64,000 bases of DNA from assembly GCA_964551135.1 (NCBI GenBank), contig CAZKAT010000003.1:1514-65513 (forward strand), read 5' to 3'. Both the position numbers and the translations under genes were made by a program. Positions 55,213-64,000 of this stretch are shown here, piece by piece; position 1 is the stretch's first letter, and each line of letters starts with the position of its first letter. Source of the stretch: an uncultured Gammaproteobacteria bacterium. GTDB taxonomy: Bacteria; Cyanobacteriota; Vampirovibrionia; LMEP-6097. The notes beneath the pieces are model-generated. The model saw only the letters and a list, made by a program, of their open reading frames with translations, had not been told where the DNA came from and did no database searches.

Positions 55213-56184
55213 ATGAGAAATACAATGACAATGATGAAGACTTACTTAGAACCTAACTTAGCTATTTGCAATGAAATTTATAACAGTTTAAGCCAAGTTA
55301 ATAAATCTCTTTCAAGTAAATTTTTCTATGATGAATATGGTTCAAAACTTTTTGAAGATATATGTGAACTTGATGAGTACTATGTGACCAGAGCTGAGAT
55401 GGAAATTATGGAAAAACAACTATCAGTGTTTGCAAACCTAGCAAAGAAAAAACTATTAGTGATTGAATTAGGTAGTGGTAACACTACTAAAATACGACAC
55501 TTATTGGACAATTTTCCCAATATTCAAACCTATCTCCCCATTGATATTTCAGGAGATTACCTCAAAATCCAAACAGAGAAATTAGCTAATAACTATATAA
55601 ATCTTAATATTCAAATGCTAGCAGCTGACTACACGCATCCTTTTGTTTTACCTAGATTAGAAAATAATTTCGAAGAGATTTTAATTTATTATCCAGGTTC
55701 TTCTATTGGTAATTTTGAACCAATGCAAGCTAGGGTAATCTTACAAAGAATCATTACTTTAATTAAAGAGAGCTATACCTCTTTACCAGTGAAGATGTTA
55801 ATTGGAGTTGACTTGATTAAGGACTCGCAGATTCTTAATCAAGCCTATAATGATTCAAAAGGCATTACTGCTAAATTTAATTTAAATCTTCTTAATAACT
55901 TAAATAATATAGCTGCAACTGATTTCGATTTAAATAAATGGGCACACTTTGCTTATTATAATAATCTACAGAAACGCATTGAAATGCATTTAATTAGCCT
56001 TCATCAACAAACAATCAAAATTGATAATAGAGAGATCTCTATACTGCCTGGTGAAAACATTCGCACTGAATATTCTTACAAATATACAATTGAAGATTTC
56101 TCACAATTATTCGAACCAGTATTTAAACTCGAAAAATGCTTAACCGATGCGAATAATTATTTTGGATTGTTCTTATTCTCCTAA
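55213..56184 (+). CDS. egtD: L-histidine N-alpha-methyltransferase EgtD-like
   Basis: 323 aa; EYYVTRAEMEIM and LVIELGSGNTTKIRHLL motifs typical of EgtD-type SAM methyltransferases; 11 nt downstream of egtB. Confidence 0.75.
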   Translation: MRNTMTMMKTYLEPNLAICNEIYNSLSQVNKSLSSKFFYDEYGSKLFEDICELDEYYVTRAEMEIMEKQLSVFANLAKKKLLVIELGSGNTTKIRHLLDNFPNIQTYLPIDISGDYLKIQTEKLANNYINLNIQMLAADYTHPFVLPRLENNFEEILIYYPGSSIGNFEPMQARVILQRIITLIKESYTSLPVKMLIGVDLIKDSQILNQAYNDSKGITAKFNLNLLNNLNNIAATDFDLNKWAHFAYYNNLQKRIEMHLISLHQQTIKIDNREISILPGENIRTEYSYKYTIEDFSQLFEPVFKLEKCLTDANNYFGLFLFS

Positions 56185-56290
56185 AAACATATTGGGTGAT
56201 AGCTCTAGGACTTTAACTAAAAATTCTTAGATCCAAGGAAATTATGATCTTTAGCTTCAACTATATGCTTATAAGCATTGTGCAATAAAG

Positions 56291-57067
56291 TCATTGAAGT
56301 TTTAGCCGAACTAGAAACTGCCTAGCTAATATACCTCCTTCAAACTTGAATCTATTTTTTTGTTCTTCTTGTCTTTTCTTTTCTAAATGATCAAAATGCT
56401 CCTCATCAGCTTTTCTTCTTTCTCTCATCTTGCTGGGTTTTGAACCTCTACTAATTATTCCTTGAATCTCATTTTTCATTTTTGCTTTTCCATTTTCATC
56501 ATCTGGATTAAGATTTAAAGCACGCTTAGCTAAATCAGCAAGCACTGTTACATTAGAATCATTCTCTAAAGTATCTGGATTAAGTGTATAAGGAATTTCA
56601 CCTTTGATAGCTTCTGGAGGATAATCTGGGGTTCTATAACCTAAAGCGGCTTTTAAAGATTCTATTTGTGCTTCATCCAGTACTCTACTTCTAATTAATA
56701 CTCCTATTTCATTCTGAGCTTGGTTTAAATCTTGAATTACTATGTTAGTTAAAATACTGATGATGATAGTCTCTCTACCTTCTTTCTTGGCTCTTAATTT
56801 TTCATGCTCTTGTTCAGCTGGGATGATTTCATTAATTTGCTTTAAAAGCCAATCTCTGTCAGCTTGATTAATTTCATGCATTGCAAATGCCTTATTAACA
56901 AGTTTAGTATTAGCTTCATCAATAACAGGCTTAGCTAATTCTTCAGGACTAACTTTTACTTTAGTCGTCACAGGATTTGGTTTAGCAACTTCTTTAGTGC
57001 AACCTAAAGCTAAAACTGGCATTAATGCCATAGAAGTAATAGTTCTCAAATTATTGCCTAGAAACAC
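56291..57067 (-). CDS. Hypothetical lipoprotein
   Basis: 258 aa; signal with lipobox LALGC (likely start at internal M, MALMPVLALGC); charged, helical C-terminal half. Confidence 0.45.
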   Translation of the reverse strand: MFLGNNLRTITSMALMPVLALGCTKEVAKPNPVTTKVKVSPEELAKPVIDEANTKLVNKAFAMHEINQADRDWLLKQINEIIPAEQEHEKLRAKKEGRETIIISILTNIVIQDLNQAQNEIGVLIRSRVLDEAQIESLKAALGYRTPDYPPEAIKGEIPYTLNPDTLENDSNVTVLADLAKRALNLNPDDENGKAKMKNEIQGIISRGSKPSKMRERRKADEEHFDHLEKKRQEEQKNRFKFEGGILARQFLVRLKLQ

Positions 57068-57091
57068 AATTCACAATAATACTACATATGC

Positions 57092-58213
57092 TTAGTATGG
57101 CGCAACTACATATTCTGCATAAAGTACTAGCTTTCCAGCAGTAAGCGCTTCACCAGCCACTACCATTGTGATATTGCGGCTTGCGGTAGTCTTCTCGGAG
57201 ATATTAGTTACTAAGCCATTCTGAATAGTACTATGTGCACCCAACGCCCATGGAGTAGTACCGTCAGAGATAGCAATAGGAGCCAAAATACCATTAGCAT
57301 CATCAGTTGGAATACTGAAAGATATAGTGGAAGCACCAGATGCAGAAGTGAGAGCCGTGAGAACCTCATACCAAGCACGAGTGACACGCGCTTTATTTGG
57401 CAGAGTAGCATTACGTAGAGTAATACTACCTACAGTACCACCATCGGTAGCAAAACTATATTCACCACGTAAAGTTCCAGCTATAAATCCAGCACTTGGC
57501 AAAGTGATACTTACAGCACCATTACCACTATTCAGTAACATTCTGTTAGTACCAGCTACAGAGAGTGTTGTATTGCCATTACTAATACTTGCAGCTTGTA
57601 TCTTACCAGCACCTGTAGAAATCACATGACTGTTCCATGACAATGCACCATTATATGAGCTAAGTACAATACCATTCATGGTAATTTTTTTAGGCACTAA
57701 GGTACCAGTATTGTCTACAACTTTTTTACTATTCCAAAGTAAATTACCATTAGCATCTCCTGATAAAGGAGTATCTTGGAAAACAACACTACCAGTTGTA
57801 ACAGTTGTCACATTAAGCTCGTCATCTGGTGGATCAGGATCAGGAGAACTTAAATCAGGTGTATTAAAAATCACTAAAGGAAAATCTTGAGGCTCTTCTT
57901 CTTTTACATCTCCACCAGTTACTCTCAGAATAAGAGTTTTGGTAGAAGTAACTGTAGGTGCTGTAAATTTAAATTTAGTAGGAGCAAGAGTTAATTCCAG
58001 GTCTTCTCCAAATTGTTCAGCATTGCCATCTATTAAGATTGCTCTGACAGGATTAGCAGCAGAAGTAAACTTCAGACCAGTTGCTATAACAGTGTTGCCT
58101 TCAAAAACAAAACTTGAAGAAAGTTTATTGACCTTAGCATTAACTAGTCCCATGCTAGTGATAAGTAGTAAAAACAAAAATAAACGCAGCATATTTCCAA
58201 TATACCATGACAT
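57092..58213 (-). CDS. Secreted Thr/Ser/Gly/Asn-rich hypothetical protein (beta-rich surface protein candidate)
   Basis: 373 aa; N-terminal signal-peptide-like LRLFLFLLLITSMGLVNA; low-complexity T/S/G/N-rich body. Confidence 0.45.
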   Translation of the reverse strand: MSWYIGNMLRLFLFLLLITSMGLVNAKVNKLSSSFVFEGNTVIATGLKFTSAANPVRAILIDGNAEQFGEDLELTLAPTKFKFTAPTVTSTKTLILRVTGGDVKEEEPQDFPLVIFNTPDLSSPDPDPPDDELNVTTVTTGSVVFQDTPLSGDANGNLLWNSKKVVDNTGTLVPKKITMNGIVLSSYNGALSWNSHVISTGAGKIQAASISNGNTTLSVAGTNRMLLNSGNGAVSITLPSAGFIAGTLRGEYSFATDGGTVGSITLRNATLPNKARVTRAWYEVLTALTSASGASTISFSIPTDDANGILAPIAISDGTTPWALGAHSTIQNGLVTNISEKTTASRNITMVVAGEALTAGKLVLYAEYVVAPY

Positions 58214-58237
58214 ATATTTTTAGGATATGTCAGCATC

Positions 58238-59350
58238 TTAGTGCCACATTTTTTGCAACGCCTCTCCGGCCTTATTCAGTGCTTCATTAACCGCCTGCGT
58301 TGCAACTTGTCCCACAGCTCCCACTAAATCAGGACGAATTTGTGGTTTATCAGTACGTCCTGTGATTTTAAGAGGAATGGTACCGCCAGGTAGTACTTGA
58401 CCAACTTTAAGGGGAACAATTCTATCAAGTCCATGGACAAATATACTTAAGTCCATATTATTGTCAAACCCAATAGAGCCTTGTCCTGTTGCCGAAAGTA
58501 ATTTATTGGAGAGTGATAAATTAGAAAGGTAAACTTTCTGATCACGAATGGAGAAGTTACTACTTAGCTTATCAAAATTATCACCTTGCTCTACTTCGCT
58601 TGACTCAGAAGATACTTTCAAACTATCAATTATAGGTTTTATTAAATTAATAAATTTAAATTCTCCTTGATATAAATTAAAACTTCCTTGACCAGTAATA
58701 TTGGTTAAAGGATCAATCTTGTCACTAGCGCTAAAACTGAGTTCAAATTTAGGGACTTCTACCTCTGCTCTAATCTGGTCAGTATCAGCATTTAAGCACG
58801 CTAATGTTTTGTTCAATGCTCCACGTGATAAAGCTCCATGCAATTGCACTATAGAAACTTCTGTCTTCATATCAGTATCCACTACACCATTTGCATGCAA
58901 ATTACTATTACCTAATGTCAATAAAGCATTACTAATAATGATATGTGGATTCTTTTGTTTTTCAGGAATATAAGGGACACATATAAAATCCAAACCACCA
59001 CTGCAACCAGAGATCGCTCGATGCCCTAGATAGATCTTCTCAGCAGCAGCATGACCATCTAAACAATAATTAGGTTGATAAGTATTTTTAGCGATTCTAG
59101 TAATCTCAATATTCTCAAGATTGATAGTTGCTTCTCCTTCGCCTACCGCTAAAAGCTTCAGAGTTATTTTCCTCTGCTCTTTGCTGAATGATTTAGCTAA
59201 ATTAAAGTTCGCACCTCGAACTTTAATTGGCATTTTAAAATCTTTTGTCAATTGGTATGAAATGATTTGATCTTTTACATAAAAGAAAAATACCAAAATC
59301 AATATGGCAACAATTAATATTGCAATCAAAGCTGTAGTCTTCTTATTCAT
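58238..59350 (-). CDS. AsmA-family-like membrane-anchored protein
   Basis: 370 aa; N-terminal TM anchor (ALIAILIVAILILVFFFY); C-terminal region (GTIPLKITGRTDKPQIRPDL) resembles the conserved AsmA C-terminus. Confidence 0.45.
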   Translation of the reverse strand: MNKKTTALIAILIVAILILVFFFYVKDQIISYQLTKDFKMPIKVRGANFNLAKSFSKEQRKITLKLLAVGEGEATINLENIEITRIAKNTYQPNYCLDGHAAAEKIYLGHRAISGCSGGLDFICVPYIPEKQKNPHIIISNALLTLGNSNLHANGVVDTDMKTEVSIVQLHGALSRGALNKTLACLNADTDQIRAEVEVPKFELSFSASDKIDPLTNITGQGSFNLYQGEFKFINLIKPIIDSLKVSSESSEVEQGDNFDKLSSNFSIRDQKVYLSNLSLSNKLLSATGQGSIGFDNNMDLSIFVHGLDRIVPLKVGQVLPGGTIPLKITGRTDKPQIRPDLVGAVGQVATQAVNEALNKAGEALQKMWH

Positions 59351-59448
59351 AAATGATTATTGTAGCAAAAATAGCTTGAAAACTAAAGATTCGTACTGAT
59401 ATTATTAATGCTATAATATTAACCAGAAATTTACTCAAGGAGAATCAA

Positions 59449-59898
59449 ATGACAACTACAATCAAGAAATCAAAAACAGTAACTGAGCTTAAGAATTGCT
59501 TGGCTGATACTTACACACTGCTACTTAAAACACATAATTATCATTGGAATGTTACTGGTCCTAACTTTTTTAGTCTGCATACTTTATTTGAAGGGCAATA
59601 CAATGAGTTATTTCTAGCAGTAGATGAGATAGCTGAAAGAATCAGAGCTTTAGGAGAAAAATCCCCTGGATCATTCTCAGAGTTCTCAAACTTAAGTCAC
59701 ATTACTGAAGCTAATAGTAATCTAGATGCTAGCGCTATGATTCAAGATCTTTACAATAGTAATGAACAAGCAATTGAAACTCTTATCAAGCTAAGAGATA
59801 CTGCTGAAGAAGAGAATGATGCTGAAACTGAAGATTTAGCTATAGCTAGAATTAAAGCTCATCAGAAAAGCGCTTGGATGTTAAAGTCAAGTAAGTAA
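59449..59898 (+). CDS. dps: Dps-family DNA-protection / ferritin-like protein
   Basis: 149 aa; ferroxidase-centre region THNYHWNVTGPNFFSLHTLFEGQYNEL...DEIAERI typical of Dps. Confidence 0.8.
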   Translation: MTTTIKKSKTVTELKNCLADTYTLLLKTHNYHWNVTGPNFFSLHTLFEGQYNELFLAVDEIAERIRALGEKSPGSFSEFSNLSHITEANSNLDASAMIQDLYNSNEQAIETLIKLRDTAEEENDAETEDLAIARIKAHQKSAWMLKSSK

Positions 59899-59902
59899 TT
59901 AA

Positions 59903-60547
59903 TTAGGTAAGTCTTCTAAACACAATGATATTCTTATCATTGCTATGTATTATTTCCATGGAGAATAATTCAGCAAGCTTCTCAAAAGTTTGCCTTGAAT
60001 AAAAAGCAATATGCGTTACATCATCTTTATAACGCCATGCTTTGAAATCTTCATAAGAGCAAGCAAAGCTAGTCATAATGGCAAGATAGCCTCTAGACTT
60101 AAGCAAACCTGTAATGAGCTTAAACTCTTTTAACGGATCTTGAAAATGCTCAAAAGTTTCTGTGGAAACTATCAAATCATACTGAGATTGTTTAATTAGA
60201 TCTCTTGGAGCATAATAAGGATCGTAGATATCTACATCATATTTGCAGTCTTTAAGTAGTTTAGCTAGAACAGGATTAGGTCCAGATCCATAATCCAATA
60301 GCTTATGGACTACATAAGGCTTAATTGCAATTTCAATAAAATCACTTAGTAACTTTAAATATCTAGAATCTTCTAAGGAGTTTTCATGCTTATCGTAACG
60401 CGCCTTCTCTTCATCTACACTAAGCAAGGAGTGTGAATCAATACTAATAAATCCACATGCATCACAATGATAAAAAATCCGAGAATTTTTTAGAGTAGTT
60501 AATTTCTCAATTGATGCTTTACAGATTTTACAATTGGGATTAATCAT
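59903..60547 (-). CDS. Class I SAM-dependent methyltransferase with N-terminal zinc-ribbon
   Basis: 214 aa; CKICK...CDACG Cys4 ribbon and methyltransferase motif I LDYGSGPN. Confidence 0.6.
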   Translation of the reverse strand: MINPNCKICKASIEKLTTLKNSRIFYHCDACGFISIDSHSLLSVDEEKARYDKHENSLEDSRYLKLLSDFIEIAIKPYVVHKLLDYGSGPNPVLAKLLKDCKYDVDIYDPYYAPRDLIKQSQYDLIVSTETFEHFQDPLKEFKLITGLLKSRGYLAIMTSFACSYEDFKAWRYKDDVTHIAFYSRQTFEKLAELFSMEIIHSNDKNIIVFRRLT

Positions 60548-60651
60548 GATCGAATATTATCATACACATGACTGCCATCGAATTCTTAAATATTAGAAGA
60601 TTCGCATATAGCACTTGTTTAAATTTGTTCAACAGTTCAGAATATTAGACT

Positions 60652-61629
60652 ATGGACATAGGAACGAGTATCGCGAATAATTTTCTGCACCCACCTGTTT
60701 TATTCTTTGTCTTGGGTTTACTTGCCGTAGTAGTCAAGTCGGACTTAGAAATACCACCAGCAATTGGTAAATTTTTAGCTCTATATTTACTGTTTGATAT
60801 TGGTCTTAAAGGTGGCGAAGAGCTCTTCCATAGTGGTTTTACTCTATCTATAATCCAAGTATTAATTACTTGTGTTGCATTATCACTGTTTATACCTTTA
60901 ATTTGCTACAAAATTTTAAGATTAAAACTAGATCCATATAATGCTGGTGCTATCGCAGCAACGTATGGTTCTATTAGCGCCGTTACCTTTATCACAGCTT
61001 CTTCCTTCCTTGATGCTCACCACATACCTTTTAGTGGTTTCATGGTAGCTTGTATGGCATTAATGGAGTCTCCAGCAATTATTTCTGGACTATTGATTAT
61101 TAAATCTGCAATTAAAGATGAAAACGGTAAAAAACAAAACTCTATTATGCATGTACTGCATGAAGCATTTACCAATGGTTCAGTTTTTCTTTTAATGGGT
61201 AGCTTGGTAATTGGTTATATCTCAGGTAGTGCAGGTGAAGCTGAACTTAAACCCTTTATTAGTGATATTTTCAAAGGAATGCTTTCTTTATATATGTTAG
61301 ACATGGGGCTTATTGCTGGTAGTAAACTTTCTAGTCTTAAACAATCTGGCTTATTCTTAAGTGGTTTTGCTTTATTCTATCCTATATGTGCATCGATCCT
61401 AGGTATCACACTTGCAAAATTACTAGGATTAGAGCCAGGTAATGCTCTATTGCTCACAATACTGACAGCTAGTGCTTCCTATATCGCAGTACCAGCAGCC
61501 ATGAGACTTGCCGTACCACAAGCTAACTTAAGCTTACTATTACCAATGAGCTTAGGTATCACCTTCAGCTTCAATGTTATTTTTGGGATACCACTTTACT
61601 ATTCAGTCATTGAAAGATTCTGGCAATAA
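60652..61629 (+). CDS. SbtA-like permease (DUF897, sodium-dependent bicarbonate transporter family)
   Basis: 325 aa polytopic membrane protein; N-terminus LHPPVLFFVLGLLAVVVKSDLEIP...LFDIGLKGGEEL matches the SbtA/DUF897 N-terminal signature. Confidence 0.5.
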   Translation: MDIGTSIANNFLHPPVLFFVLGLLAVVVKSDLEIPPAIGKFLALYLLFDIGLKGGEELFHSGFTLSIIQVLITCVALSLFIPLICYKILRLKLDPYNAGAIAATYGSISAVTFITASSFLDAHHIPFSGFMVACMALMESPAIISGLLIIKSAIKDENGKKQNSIMHVLHEAFTNGSVFLLMGSLVIGYISGSAGEAELKPFISDIFKGMLSLYMLDMGLIAGSKLSSLKQSGLFLSGFALFYPICASILGITLAKLLGLEPGNALLLTILTASASYIAVPAAMRLAVPQANLSLLLPMSLGITFSFNVIFGIPLYYSVIERFWQ

Positions 61630-61640
61630 GCATCTTAAGC

Positions 61641-63800
61641 TTATACGTTTAAAACAACTACTGGACATTTAGCATGTTGAATCATATATTCAATTCTTGA
61701 ACCAAGGAATAATCTATCAGAGCCTGATTTAACGCTAGTACCAAGAATTATTAAATCAGCCTTTTCTATCTCTGAAATTTTTAGTATGGTTGATTCGACA
61801 TCATCACCAATTTCAATTATATCTTTGACTGCAACCTCATATATTGAGGCTAATTGCTTAATATTATTAATAGCATTAACAGCTACTTCTGTTTGCCTAT
61901 CAAATGCATACTGATTTACATTCTGCGACCAAGCGGAATTTGTTCCAGTTAAGACACTTAGCAGTGTCACAGTATTAGAAGGTCCAGCGATAGACAATCC
62001 AAGTTCAGCAGCATATTTGGTAGCAGGAGAATTACTCACAGCAATTAAAATATTATGGGGTTGCCAATCTGGATCCAAATGATTTGCATAAATCAAAACT
62101 GTTGGACAAGGTGACATACGAACAACATCACTAATAATGGGGGAAAAGAAATCTATTGATTGTCCTTGATTAGTCGATCCCAAAACCATCAAATCATAAC
62201 CCTTTTCTGCTTCATCCAATATAGCAGTAGATATTTCACTACTCTTACTCTTTGCTATCTTCAAAGCAACATCAAGCTTCCAATTATTTTCATTTATTAA
62301 ATTCAAAGTCTTTTTACCATCGGATTTCTCACTGATTATAGGATTAACATGCAATATCGTAAGTGAAAGCTTCCTCTTACTTGCAATTCTCTCCAAAATT
62401 TTAAATCTCAAAATTTGCCAATCTGATAATTTATCTTCCCTAGGCTCTCTAATTGGTAATAAAACTCTTTGCATTTTAGCAATCGGACTCTCATGCAATA
62501 ATTTCTCTTCTTCAAGTCGTTTCAATTCTTCATCGACTGGTTCCATATGCTTGAGAATCGTTTGCAACAATGCTGGCGCCATTACTGATGTAGTTAACGC
62601 CATAATAACAATGATGGAGAACATTTCTTGAGATAGAATTCCTGCAGCCAGTCCGATAGTAGCTATGATAATTTCCATTGCACCACGAGCATTCAGTGCT
62701 GCACCAAACCCAAGTGCAGTCCAATGATCTGTATGTCCTATAAACCTTGCCCCCAGATAGGCTCCTACAACTTTCCCGAAGCAGGCAACAGCAATAACAG
62801 CTAAAGTTATTAGCATATAATCTATAGTCATTAGGTTATAAATATTAACTTTCAAACCAGCAATAGCAAAAAATACCGGTGAAAAAATAGCCATGGCAAT
62901 ACTTTGCAATTTAGCTTTTACTTCGTAATGGAAACGAGGGATTTCTCCAATAATAATTCCTACTATAAACACTCCGAGTAAAGGTTCAAAGGAAAGAGAC
63001 TTGCTAAGTGAGCCCCAGAGAAAAGCTAACCCAACTATCAAAGTTAAAAACTTATCTTGCGATTTCACTTCATCTTGTACAAAATTAAAGACTACTTCTA
63101 TACACCACTTACCAATAGTAAAACTGAAAATAATGAATCCAGAGATAACCATGAGTGGAGTCATTACCGACATTAAATCAATCTTCTGTCCGCTTGCCAC
63201 CCCTGTTACTAAGGACAATAAAATCCAACCAACAGTATCATCTATCATTCCTGCTGCAATTATGCTCTGTCCTAAATTACGTCGCATTAATTTCATATCA
63301 ATCAATACTCTTGAAATTACGGGGATAGCAGATATAGACATCGCAGTCGCAAGGAACAAAGTAAAAACCAATCTACGATTAGGATCTGCAAGTAAATAAT
63401 CAGGAATAAAATATTGTCCTAATATAAACCCAGAGATGAATGGTAGAAATATTCCTCCAAGAGCAGTGCCTAAAGTAAATCTAGCTAATCTTTTGATTAA
63501 AGGAAGATCAGTTTCAAGACCAGTGATTAACAAGAGAAACATTGCACCGAACAAACCGACCACTTCCAGTAAATGTCCCTGTATTTTAGTAGCAGGCAGT
63601 GCAAAGCCTATTAACTCTGGGAAAATTCTCCCAAGAAAAGATGGACCCCAAAAAACGCCAGCCAAAATTTCACCAATAACTGAAGGTTGCCCGCATCTCT
63701 GGAAAATTTCACCAAAAATTCTCGCGGTAAACAGTAGTACGCTAATCTGAGTAATTAGCCCCAAGATATCTTGATAAGGTGCTGCGGTGAAAACTGGCAT
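61641..63800 (-). CDS. Cation:proton antiporter with C-terminal universal-stress-protein (Usp) domains
   Basis: 719 aa; N-terminal roughly 420-aa Na+/H+-exchanger-type membrane domain, then two Usp-like alpha/beta modules (VLLPIREP..., ILIAVSNSPAT...DLIILGTSVKSG). Confidence 0.7.
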   Translation of the reverse strand: MPVFTAAPYQDILGLITQISVLLFTARIFGEIFQRCGQPSVIGEILAGVFWGPSFLGRIFPELIGFALPATKIQGHLLEVVGLFGAMFLLLITGLETDLPLIKRLARFTLGTALGGIFLPFISGFILGQYFIPDYLLADPNRRLVFTLFLATAMSISAIPVISRVLIDMKLMRRNLGQSIIAAGMIDDTVGWILLSLVTGVASGQKIDLMSVMTPLMVISGFIIFSFTIGKWCIEVVFNFVQDEVKSQDKFLTLIVGLAFLWGSLSKSLSFEPLLGVFIVGIIIGEIPRFHYEVKAKLQSIAMAIFSPVFFAIAGLKVNIYNLMTIDYMLITLAVIAVACFGKVVGAYLGARFIGHTDHWTALGFGAALNARGAMEIIIATIGLAAGILSQEMFSIIVIMALTTSVMAPALLQTILKHMEPVDEELKRLEEEKLLHESPIAKMQRVLLPIREPREDKLSDWQILRFKILERIASKRKLSLTILHVNPIISEKSDGKKTLNLINENNWKLDVALKIAKSKSSEISTAILDEAEKGYDLMVLGSTNQGQSIDFFSPIISDVVRMSPCPTVLIYANHLDPDWQPHNILIAVSNSPATKYAAELGLSIAGPSNTVTLLSVLTGTNSAWSQNVNQYAFDRQTEVAVNAINNIKQLASIYEVAVKDIIEIGDDVESTILKISEIEKADLIILGTSVKSGSDRLFLGSRIEYMIQHAKCPVVVLNV

Positions 63801-64000
63801 TTATCAACTCCTGTTCATTTTCAGAACAATTTCTTCCAAAAAGAAGAAAACTTTTTCTTCTTACTTCTGTATCTTACATGCTTGGTATTAACGCAAGAAT
63901 TTGGTTTTAAGATAGTAATATTTGGATAATGAATTAATCTGGCTCTTAATTGATCCAAGTTACTGCAATTAATAGTACGATTGAAACGCAGATCAACTGA

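Noticed and set aside
57211-58223. Several ORFs on both strands overlapping the 373-aa secreted-protein gene (57211..57411, 57233..57418, 57327..57629, 57678..57890, 57939..58223)
   Set aside because: Low-complexity T/S/G-rich coding sequence produces open frames in multiple phases; the long minus-strand ORF with a signal peptide is the parsimonious gene.
1-64000. Rickettsiales origin suggested by RPE-like in-frame palindromic elements
   Set aside because: The tmRNA is a standard one-piece molecule (alphaproteobacteria have permuted two-piece tmRNA), and flagellar, aromatic amino-acid and futalosine-type genes are present, so the elements are better viewed as an analogous family in another lineage. 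Taxonomy cannot be settled from this window.
1-64000. tRNA, rRNA, transposase, integrase or phage structural genes
   Set aside because: None recognised by eye in intergenic regions or ORF translations; a dedicated tRNAscan or HMM search could still find degenerate examples.

Overview
AT-rich (roughly 35% GC by eye), densely coding bacterial chromosomal window with genes on both strands. Recognisable housekeeping genes: flagellar rod genes flgF/flgG, a GAF-GGDEF diguanylate cyclase, mnmE, ribH, carA, an aroK-aroB fusion, a phosphohexomutase, a futalosine-type radical SAM enzyme, thrC, uppP, trmD, rplC, tag, mutS, a thioredoxin, topA, gatB, nfi, trpA, dps, and an egtB-egtD ergothioneine pair. 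A one-piece tmRNA (ssrA, 41824-42228) is followed by about 8.5 kb of orphan hypothetical genes. The most unusual signal is two families of short GC-rich repeat elements: a roughly 97-bp element inserted in frame in both mutS and gatB, and roughly 100-110-bp palindromic elements with GTCAT...GAGG termini at three sites, resembling Rickettsia palindromic elements (RPEs). Other notable items are a DUF4258/DUF2283 toxin-antitoxin-like pair, a 1431-aa collagen-like repeat protein, an HTTM-domain gene split by a frameshift, and an egtB N-terminal remnant. No rRNA, tRNA, CRISPR array, transposase or integrase was recognised. All calls rest on reading the translations and sequence by eye; no database search was run.
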